Assembly: GCA_009843635.1 (NCBI GenBank)
Contig: VYDB01000078.1
Location: 1 to 63,645 of the forward strand
Reading direction: 5' to 3'
DNA length: 63,645 nt
Source: Gammaproteobacteria bacterium
GTDB lineage: Bacteria > Pseudomonadota > Gammaproteobacteria > Pseudomonadales > Azotimanducaceae
Both the position numbers and the translations under genes were made by a program. The number at the start of each line of letters is the position of its first letter. The first letter of the stretch is position 1. The notes under the pieces were generated by a model that had not been told where the DNA came from, did not search any database, and was given only the letters and a program-made list of their open reading frames with translations. Shown here in pieces: positions 56,442 to 63,645 of the stretch.

Positions 56442-59405
56442 TCACAACGCCACCTCCAACGAAATCTGCACGCGCCGGGGCATGAAGTGGCTGCGCGCCT
56501 CCCCGAATTCCGCATCATCCACGAAGGGGTTGATGTTGTAGCCGGTCTGCCGGTCGAAGACGTTGAAAACATCGACGCGCACCTGCGCCCTGGTGCCACG
56601 CGGCAGGCTGAAGCGCTGCGCGTAGCTGAGGTCAAGCTGCCAGTGGTTGGGGCTGCGCCTTCGGCCAGCCCGCTCCGCATAGCGATTGGCATCGGAAAAG
56701 TAGGACGGCAGGCCGTAGGCAGCCGCATCCCATGCCTCCCAAGGCTGGCCGGACTGGTAAACGAGATAGGCACCGAACACGGCCTGCCAAGGCAGCGCGT
56801 AGTGGCCAAACGCCTTGAAGACGTGGGGGCGGTCGCCGCGAAGGACGCCGTCCTTGCGGTCCCAAAGCTGCCGGCCGTAGCCGTCGGCCAGGTTCGACGA
56901 GCCGATGAAGCGGTTGGCATCGTTGACGCTGCTGGTGTTGTCCTGGTCGAAGTTGCCGGTGTAGCGGCTGCGGGCATAGGAAGCGTTGAGGGTGCCGCGC
57001 TCGCCGAGCCACTCCAATTCCACGACGGCCTCCCAGTACTTGGTGTAGGCGCCGTCGAGCTGGGCGATGACGTAGCTGGAGCCGCCAATTTCGGCGCGGA
57101 TGGCGTCTAGATCCGGAACGTAGGGGCCCTTGGCGGCAATGTCCGGCGGCGCATTGTCGTAGGCCTCCCGGGAATGGTTCCAAGTGTCCTCCCAAAAGCG
57201 GCTGCCCTTGCGGTGGCGCAGATGGGTCCGGAGCCTGATGCCATCGCCGAGCCTGTGAGTGGCGCCCAGGATCCACTCGTCCACCCGGCGCGGCTTTATG
57301 CCGCCTTGGAAGGCCTTGCCCGAAGACCCGGCCAGGGGTGCATGGGAGATGATGCGCCCTTGCTCGTCAAACAGCACGCGAAGGCTCGCCCGGGTGTTCC
57401 GGTCCCAAGAGGCGGCGCGGGCCAGTGAGCTGGCTTGGGGATGGTAGCGGGCAAAGCTGAGATAGGCTTGGCCTTGGTCGTTGTACGTCCACGCGATGCT
57501 CAGCCGCGGCTGGATCATGTCCGCCCAAGGGATGGTGCGCATCCGGTACTTGGTTCCGGGTGACCGCTCGAAGCCCGAATAGCTGTCATCCACCCGCCGC
57601 AAGCCTTGGCCGTAAAGCACGTCCTGGCTGACCAGCACGCCCAAGTTGGTGGTGAAGCGGCCGAGGCTGATGCGGTCGTTCAGCTCAATGCCGTAACTCT
57701 CAATCGCTGAGCGGATGGGGCCAACCAAGGCGCCGTCGCGCTGGGCGAGGCTCATCTGCTCCACGGCCGCCGTGTAGAAGATGGGAGTGCCGTCCGCCGC
57801 TTGATCCACGCCGCCCGGCACCTCGATGGCACCCCAACCGTTGGATGCGCGGCGCAGGGACTCCCGCCCCTCGGACCAGCGAAAGCCGGCGTGCAGGCTG
57901 TGGCGGGCGTCGCCGATGCGCAGTTCCCGGTCCAAGGTGACTTCTACGCCTTGGTTGAAATAGTTGCCGTCGCCGATGCGGGCGTAGGCGCCAACGGCAC
58001 CGCCGCCAACCGGGTTGCCGGACGCATCCAAGTACCCGTAGCGGTCGATCAGCGGCTGCACCCTGGCGTTGTAGGCATCCGCTCCGGGCACTGCTTGGGG
58101 CACGTTCAGGTAGCCCATCTGATCCAGGTTGCCCACGTCCAAGACGCCATCCAAGCGGGGTTCGACGCCGAGCAGCACATCCGGCCGCTCGCTCCCGCGC
58201 AGCGCGTAGTCGAAGTACTGGAAGCCGAGGGTGGTGATGGCGTCAATCTGCCAGGAGCCGTCCAGGCTGAGGATTTCCTGTTCAGAGCGTTCGCCCACGG
58301 AGACTGAATCCGCCTCAAAGAGACCAACGGACACGCCTTGGTCCTTGCGCGTTGAAGTGCGGTAGCTGCCGTTGAACAGCAGGCGCTCGGTGGGCGCGAA
58401 AGTCAACTTGCCAAAATACTCGTCGCGACGGCTGCGGTAGTCCTTGACCGGGCCATAGGCGGTGGCCTTGTTGTTGCGATCCTGAGTGGGCCCGAAGTAG
58501 GAGCCGTAGAAGAACAGCCGTTGCGGCAGCAGCGGGCCGCCCGCCGTTACGGTGGTCCAGGCTTGGCGGGTGTCATGCTTGGCGCCGTTGCGGCGCTTCG
58601 CCACCAGCCCCTCGGGTTGGTAGCGGTACTCGACGCTGGCCGAGAACCGATCGGTGCCGGAGCGGGCCTTGGAATCCATGGCGAAGCCGCCGCTGCGATT
58701 GAAGCCCACCGCATCGGCACCGCCCCGTTCAAACACCACCTGTTCGATGTCGTGATTGGAGGGTTCCGCCGAAAGGGTGCCGAACAGCGGCAACGACAGG
58801 TCCGCGCCATCAAAGTGATAGGTGTTGTCCTGCCCGCTGCCGCCGGCACTCGGCCCGCGCACCCCATCCTCGGTGTACTGCACGCCCGGGGCGAGCTTCA
58901 CTAGGTCGCGAAAGCCCCTTCCGACGGGCACGCCGAGCACCACGTCCGATCCCAAGGCGTTACTGAGCGACGCCCCGCCTCGGTCGCCGAGGCGCTGAGC
59001 GACCACTTGAAGCTCCTCAATTGAGTCGGCTTGCGTGGCTTGCGCATCCTCTAGCGCCAAGTTGACCACGGCGGTTTGATAGAGCAGAACATTCACAGCG
59101 ACGGATGGGGCATCGGCCTCCTGAGCCACGATTCTCAGCAAATAGGCGCCGGGAACCAGCATTGGCAGCCGGTAACGCCCTTCGGCATCCGTGACCGCGG
59201 TGCGCGGACGCGGCATGAGCGCGCTGCGCGCCTCGACGGCAACCCCTCCTTGGGGCGCGGCGTTCGAGGTGACAACGCCCTCGATGCCCCCGGTCTGCTG
59301 GCCCCATGCGCTGGCCGCAGATAACCAGCCGCCAATAAGGCAGGCAAGCGCGACAACCCAGCTTTTGACTGTATTTTGACGGAGCAAGCGCAGGCGCTGC
59401 CTCAA
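56442..59405 (-). CDS. TonB-dependent outer-membrane receptor with N-terminal carboxypeptidase-regulatory-like domain
   Basis: Signal peptide MRQRLRLLRQNTVKSWVVALACLIGGWLSAASAWG. CarbopepD_reg-like GVVTSNAAPQGGVAVEARS...TDAEGRYRL. A long beta-barrel region rich in Y/G/N. 987 aa. Confidence 0.75.
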   Translation of the reverse strand: MRQRLRLLRQNTVKSWVVALACLIGGWLSAASAWGQQTGGIEGVVTSNAAPQGGVAVEARSALMPRPRTAVTDAEGRYRLPMLVPGAYLLRIVAQEADAPSVAVNVLLYQTAVVNLALEDAQATQADSIEELQVVAQRLGDRGGASLSNALGSDVVLGVPVGRGFRDLVKLAPGVQYTEDGVRGPSAGGSGQDNTYHFDGADLSLPLFGTLSAEPSNHDIEQVVFERGGADAVGFNRSGGFAMDSKARSGTDRFSASVEYRYQPEGLVAKRRNGAKHDTRQAWTTVTAGGPLLPQRLFFYGSYFGPTQDRNNKATAYGPVKDYRSRRDEYFGKLTFAPTERLLFNGSYRTSTRKDQGVSVGLFEADSVSVGERSEQEILSLDGSWQIDAITTLGFQYFDYALRGSERPDVLLGVEPRLDGVLDVGNLDQMGYLNVPQAVPGADAYNARVQPLIDRYGYLDASGNPVGGGAVGAYARIGDGNYFNQGVEVTLDRELRIGDARHSLHAGFRWSEGRESLRRASNGWGAIEVPGGVDQAADGTPIFYTAAVEQMSLAQRDGALVGPIRSAIESYGIELNDRISLGRFTTNLGVLVSQDVLYGQGLRRVDDSYSGFERSPGTKYRMRTIPWADMIQPRLSIAWTYNDQGQAYLSFARYHPQASSLARAASWDRNTRASLRVLFDEQGRIISHAPLAGSSGKAFQGGIKPRRVDEWILGATHRLGDGIRLRTHLRHRKGSRFWEDTWNHSREAYDNAPPDIAAKGPYVPDLDAIRAEIGGSSYVIAQLDGAYTKYWEAVVELEWLGERGTLNASYARSRYTGNFDQDNTSSVNDANRFIGSSNLADGYGRQLWDRKDGVLRGDRPHVFKAFGHYALPWQAVFGAYLVYQSGQPWEAWDAAAYGLPSYFSDANRYAERAGRRRSPNHWQLDLSYAQRFSLPRGTRAQVRVDVFNVFDRQTGYNINPFVDDAEFGEARSHFMPRRVQISLEVAL

Positions 59406-61057
59406 GTGCTGAGGATGCCGGTTATCTCACCGGTGGCGTCGTCGAGGTCGATGTCCAAGGCGTTGGGATATGACGGCAGCCCAGGCAGGGTGTTGATGTC
59501 GCCAGCCAGCGTGACGATCTGTTGGGCGCCGGCTTGCACTCGCAAATCGCGAATGGGCAGCGTATGCCCGGTCGGCACGTTCAGCAGTTCTGGCTTGGCG
59601 GAAATGGAAAGGTGCGTTTTCGCCATGCACACCGGGTAGTTCCATCCGAGCCGGGCATAGCGCTCCGCCGTGGCCCGGGTTCTCGGCCCCCACTCGACCA
59701 CGTCCGCCTGATAGATGTCTTCCGTCAGGCGTTCCACCTTAGCTTCCAGGGATTCATTGTCCGAGTAGAGCAGCTTGAGGTCGGCAGCGCCGCCGTTGGC
59801 TGCCTCCAAGCAGGCGGCGGCCAGGTCGGTCATGCCCGCGCCGCCCTCCACAAAGCCATTCGCCTCCGCCACCGCGGCGGCACCCGCGTCGAGCGCCGCT
59901 CGGCTGGCCGCTTGAACTTCATCGCGCCGGTCCGCCGGAAAGCGGTTGATCGCCACCACGGCCGGCAGGCCGTACATGCGCACGATGCGGATGGCGTTGG
60001 CCAGGTTGCTGGCGCCTTTGCGCACGGCGGCGACGTCGTGGGAGTCGAGTTCATTGCGCCGCACGCCGCCATGCCATTTGAGCCCGCGAATGGTGGCGAC
60101 CACCACCGCGGCCGAGGGCGGTGGGCCACCTTGGCGAATCTTGATGTCCATGAACTTCTCGAAACCGAGGTCGGCGCCAAAGCCCGCTTCGGTAACCGTC
60201 AGGTCGGCGCAGTTCACCGCCAAGCGGTCGGCCAGGATCGAGCTGCATCCATGGGCGATGTTGCCGAAGGGGCCCATGTGGACGATGGCCGGCTGCCCCT
60301 CCGCCGTTTGCGCCAGGTTGGGCTTCAAGGCATCGCGCAGCAGCGCCATCAGCGCGCCGATGCCGCCAACGTCCCGTGCCCGCACCGGTTGTTGATCCTT
60401 GGTCCAGCCGAGGACGATGTCGCCAAGGCGCTGCCGCAAATCGACGTAGTCCGAGGCCAGCGCTAGTATGGCCATGATCTCCGAAGCCGCCGAGATGTCG
60501 AACCGGGCCTCCCGCATCGGGCCGTTCACACGCCCGCCGACGCCGGTGACGACTTGGCGCAAGGCCCGGTCTTCCGCATCCGTGACCCGCCGCCAAGTGA
60601 TGCCCGCCGCCTCCAGCCCCGGCACGGCCTTGCGGTGGACCGCGTTGTCCGCCATCGCCGCGAGAAGGTTGTGAGCCGACTGCACGGCGTGAAAGTCACC
60701 GGTGAAGTGCAGGTTGATTTCCTCTGCCGGCTGCACGGTGGCCCGCCCGCCGCCGGTGCCGCCGCCCTTGTGACCGAAAACCGGGCCGAGTGACGGTTGC
60801 CGAATCGTCAGCGCCACGCGCTCGCCGAGGCGCGCGAGTCCTTGGGTCAGCCCGACGGCCACCGTGGACTTGCCTTCCCCAGCCGGCGTCGGCGTGATGG
60901 CGGTAACCACCACCAGCCGGCCCGGGACCTTGCGGGTGGGGAAGGCGTCCAGCGGCACTTTCGCCTTGACGGACCCGTACGGCTCCAGATCGCCGGGTTT
61001 GAACCCAAGTTCCGATGCCACGTCCGCAATGGGACGAAGCGCTGTTCTAGCCCTCAT
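59402..61057 (-). CDS. fhs: Formate--tetrahydrofolate ligase
   Basis: VVVTAITPTPAGEGKSTVAVGLTQGL (P-loop of FTHFS) and ...GFGADLGFEKFMDIKIRQGG. The ORF 59402..61105 has several candidate starts (MEAGAIMRART...). Confidence 0.9.
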   Translation of the reverse strand: MRARTALRPIADVASELGFKPGDLEPYGSVKAKVPLDAFPTRKVPGRLVVVTAITPTPAGEGKSTVAVGLTQGLARLGERVALTIRQPSLGPVFGHKGGGTGGGRATVQPAEEINLHFTGDFHAVQSAHNLLAAMADNAVHRKAVPGLEAAGITWRRVTDAEDRALRQVVTGVGGRVNGPMREARFDISAASEIMAILALASDYVDLRQRLGDIVLGWTKDQQPVRARDVGGIGALMALLRDALKPNLAQTAEGQPAIVHMGPFGNIAHGCSSILADRLAVNCADLTVTEAGFGADLGFEKFMDIKIRQGGPPPSAAVVVATIRGLKWHGGVRRNELDSHDVAAVRKGASNLANAIRIVRMYGLPAVVAINRFPADRRDEVQAASRAALDAGAAAVAEANGFVEGGAGMTDLAAACLEAANGGAADLKLLYSDNESLEAKVERLTEDIYQADVVEWGPRTRATAERYARLGWNYPVCMAKTHLSISAKPELLNVPTGHTLPIRDLRVQAGAQQIVTLAGDINTLPGLPSYPNALDIDLDDATGEITGILST

Positions 61058-61315
61058 AATCGCTCCTGCTTCCATGCGGCGGGCGCACACTGAACACCGC
61101 CCCAATGGTTGAAGTCAAACGCCCGCACGGCGCGCTTGTGCCGGTAGGTCGCTTATGGATTAGAGGTTGTCGCATTCCGCACTAGCTGCGCATTCGTAGG
61201 GGCCAAATCGAGTGAGATAATTTGTCTGTAGAGTCCGGTGCGAGAGCCCTCAGCCGGGGAGCGCGAGGGGGAACCCCTCGCATAAAGAGAGCACAGCAAG
61301 CGCATTGACGGGAGC

Positions 61316-62866
61316 TTGACGATGGCCCGACGCCCAGGAGGCAGACAAGCGCGCAAGGCGCAACGTAGCGCACCCCTTGCGGACGCCATCAAGCCCGTCC
61401 ATCCCGGTGAGTCAGGGGGGCAGTTCAAGCCGTTGGCGGAAACCGACGTCGCCGCCGTCACCGAGAACGTCTTCAGGATTCTCGAGGAAGTCGGCTTCGC
61501 CGACGCCACCCCCCATTGCATCGAGACCTGCACCGCGGCCGGCGCCGTGCTCGGCGATGATGGCCGCCTGCGCATGCCGCGCAGCTTGGTCGAACAAGCC
61601 ATGGAGCAGGCGCCCCACAGCCTGGTGCTGCACGGTCAGGATCCCCGCCACGACCTGCAGATCGGCGGCAGCAAGGTGCACTTCTCGACTGCCGGCGCCG
61701 CGGTGATGATCGCCGACCCCGAGGGCAATCGCTATCGCGACTCAACCGCCCAGGATCTCTACGACATGGCGCGGATTGTCGATACCTGCGAGCACATCCA
61801 CATATTCCAACGCACCTGCGTGCTGCGCGACGTCGAAGACAACTACGCCATGGACTTGAACACCGCCTACTGCGCGGTGCAGGGCACGTCCAAGCACGTG
61901 GGGTCAAGCTGGGTTCAGGCCAGCCACGTCGAGCGGACCCTGGAGATGCTGCACATTATTGCCGGCGGCGAGGCCGAGTGGCGGGCGCGGCCCTTCGTCA
62001 GCCAGTCCAATTGCTTCGTGGTGCCGCCGATGAAATTCGCGGTGGACGCGCTCGAATGCCTGCGGGTGGCGGTGGAGGGCGGCATGCCGGTGTTGCTGCT
62101 CTCCGCCGGGCAAGCGGGCGCCACCACGCCGGCCTGCCTGGCGGGTGCCGTCTCCCAAGCCTGGGCGGAATGTCTCGGCGGCTTGGTTTACGTAAACGCG
62201 ATCCAGCCTGGCGCACCCGCGATTCTTGGCGCCTGGCCGTTTGTCTCGGACCTGCGCACCGGCGCCATGAGCGGCGGCTCCCCGGAACAGGGCCTGCTAT
62301 CGGCGGCCTGCGCGCAGTTAGGTGTAGCCTTCGACCTGCCGTTCGGCACCGCCTGCGGCATGACGGATTCGAAAATGCCGGATTTCCAAGCCGGGGCGGA
62401 GCGCGCCTCGACCTTGCTGGCGGCGGCCCTGTCCGGCGCCAACATCATTTACGAAGCGGCGGGCATGTATGCCAGCCTGCTCGGCGCCTGCCCCGAGAGC
62501 CTGCTGCTCGACAATGACGTGCTCGGCTCGGCGATGCGCGTCACCCGGGGTATCGAAGTGACCCCTGAGACCCTGAGTTTCGATGAAATCAAACGGGTGT
62601 GCACCGGCGGCGAAGGTCACTACCTCAGCTCCAACCAGACCTTGAAGGTCATGCAGAGCGAATACATCTACCCCGAGTTCAGCGACCGGGCCAGCCCCAC
62701 GGTGTGGGAAGAGAACGGCAAGCCGGAGTTGGTGCGGGAGGCCGCCGAGAGAAAGCGCGCGATTCTCGCCAGCCATTACCCCAAACACATCGCCGACTCG
62801 GCCGACGAACGCGTGCGGTCGCAGTTCCCCATCTTTCTTTCCCGCGAGTCCGTGGGCCGAGGATGA
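61316..62866 (+). CDS. MttB-superfamily methyltransferase (non-pyrrolysine trimethylamine/glycine-betaine:corrinoid methyltransferase family)
   Basis: 516 aa with an MttB-family TIM-barrel signature (…NAIQPGAPAILGAWPFVSDLRTGAMSGGSPEQ…). It is immediately followed by a B12-binding protein gene. Confidence 0.75.
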   Translation: MTMARRPGGRQARKAQRSAPLADAIKPVHPGESGGQFKPLAETDVAAVTENVFRILEEVGFADATPHCIETCTAAGAVLGDDGRLRMPRSLVEQAMEQAPHSLVLHGQDPRHDLQIGGSKVHFSTAGAAVMIADPEGNRYRDSTAQDLYDMARIVDTCEHIHIFQRTCVLRDVEDNYAMDLNTAYCAVQGTSKHVGSSWVQASHVERTLEMLHIIAGGEAEWRARPFVSQSNCFVVPPMKFAVDALECLRVAVEGGMPVLLLSAGQAGATTPACLAGAVSQAWAECLGGLVYVNAIQPGAPAILGAWPFVSDLRTGAMSGGSPEQGLLSAACAQLGVAFDLPFGTACGMTDSKMPDFQAGAERASTLLAAALSGANIIYEAAGMYASLLGACPESLLLDNDVLGSAMRVTRGIEVTPETLSFDEIKRVCTGGEGHYLSSNQTLKVMQSEYIYPEFSDRASPTVWEENGKPELVREAAERKRAILASHYPKHIADSADERVRSQFPIFLSRESVGRG

Positions 62867-62871
62867 CAGCC

Positions 62872-63645
62872 ATGAGTGAAGCCATCCCTGACGACGTTTC
62901 CACCGACCAGGACGACATCGACCTCGCCGCCCTGCCGGACGCGGAACTGGTCGAGCAGATGCACGATGACCTGTACGACGGGCTGCGCGACGAGATCGTC
63001 GAGGGCACCGAGATTCTGCTGGAGCGCGGCTGGCCGGCGGACAAGGTTCTGCAGGAGGCGCTGGTTGACGGCATGACCATCGTCGGCATCGATTTCCGGG
63101 ATGGCATCCTGTTCGTGCCCGAGGTGCTGCTGGCCGCCAACGCCATGAAAGCCGGCATGGCGATCCTGCGCCCGCTCTTGGCCGAAACCGGCGCCAAGCC
63201 GATCGGCAAGATGGTGATCGGCACGGTCAAGGGCGACATTCACGACATCGGCAAAAACCTGGTCAGCATGATGATGGAGGGCGCCGGATTCGAGGTGATC
63301 AACATCGGCATCAACAATCCGGTGGAAAACTACCTTGAAGCCATCGAGGAGCACCAGCCGGACATCCTGGGCATGTCGGCGCTGCTAACCACCACGATGC
63401 CCTACATGAAGGTGGTCATCGACACCTTGGTGGAGAAGGGCATCCGGGACGAACTGATCGTGCTGGTAGGGGGCGCCCCCCTCAACGAGGAGTTCGGCAA
63501 GGCCATCGGCGCGGATGCCTACTGCCGAGACGCGGCGGTTGCAGTGGCAACCGCCCCCGCCGTGATGTACCAAAGGGGGGGGCGGGCCAGCAACGAACCG
63601 GAGGGTTTGGTGTTACGGGCCCAAGATGGGGGAAGGGCGCCGTGG
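62872..63645 (+). CDS. Corrinoid (cobalamin-binding) protein, partial. It runs off the window end
   Basis: B12-binding D-x-H-x-x-G motif TVKGDIHDIGKNLV, S-x-L in MSALLTTT, and GG in VLVGGAPL. It is not listed in the ORF track, which lists the competing GTG-start ORF at 62876. Confidence 0.75.
   Translation, partial: MSEAIPDDVSTDQDDIDLAALPDAELVEQMHDDLYDGLRDEIVEGTEILLERGWPADKVLQEALVDGMTIVGIDFRDGILFVPEVLLAANAMKAGMAILRPLLAETGAKPIGKMVIGTVKGDIHDIGKNLVSMMMEGAGFEVINIGINNPVENYLEAIEEHQPDILGMSALLTTTMPYMKVVIDTLVEKGIRDELIVLVGGAPLNEEFGKAIGADAYCRDAAVAVATAPAVMYQRGGRASNEPEGLVLRAQDGGRAPW

Noticed and set aside
62776-63354. 192-aa minus-strand ORF, and 62876..63076 + (66 aa, GTG start)
   Set aside because: Both conflict with the + strand frame starting at ATG 62872. 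That frame encodes a convincing cobalamin-binding domain (DxHxxG, SxL, GG motifs).

Overview
This is a high-GC (about 65%) proteobacterial chromosomal segment, probably a gammaproteobacterium. Ordinary housekeeping genes are interrupted by at least three lower-GC accessory regions.

(1) 0.1-8.9 kb is a glycan-sulfation locus: a polytopic membrane protein, three sulfotransferase-family genes, and a 1597-aa fusion enzyme (sulfotransferase, coiled-coil, WbsX-like domain, GT2 glycosyltransferase, GT4 glycosyltransferase) with intragenic 33-nt tandem repeats. Next come an SPFH/band-7 gene and a degenerate tRNA-like element, with manC nearby.

(2) 34.7-49.3 kb is a defense island. It holds divergent orphan m5C and gamma-class m6A DNA methyltransferases. 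It also holds a markedly AT-richer three-gene operon: a 760-aa GHKL ATPase fused to a histidine-kinase core, a 427-aa protein with a putative REC-like N-terminal domain and an unknown C-terminus, and a 210-aa unknown. This operon is my top candidate for a novel two-component-style defense system. A Type III restriction-modification locus follows, with two unknown small genes between res and an oversized mod.

(3) 52.0-56.4 kb is an inserted two-gene module (arch-type AAA ATPase plus STAND NTPase with TPR). It is flanked by about 110-bp direct repeats that duplicate the 3' end of an amidase gene, and it has a near-consensus sigma70 promoter.

The backbone genes are manC, a cytochrome c5-like protein, a C-N hydrolase, an aminotransferase, ahcY, tesB, glutaminyl cyclase, an SDR, engB, cytochrome c4, dsbA, aceE, an NPP phosphodiesterase, a TauD-family dioxygenase, an FAD-linked oxidase, polB, a saccharopine-dehydrogenase-like gene, an LLM oxidoreductase, an amidase, a TonB-dependent receptor, fhs, an MttB-family methyltransferase and a partial corrinoid protein.

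Many long antisense ORFs in the track are high-GC shadow ORFs and were not called. I found no CRISPR array, integrase or transposase.
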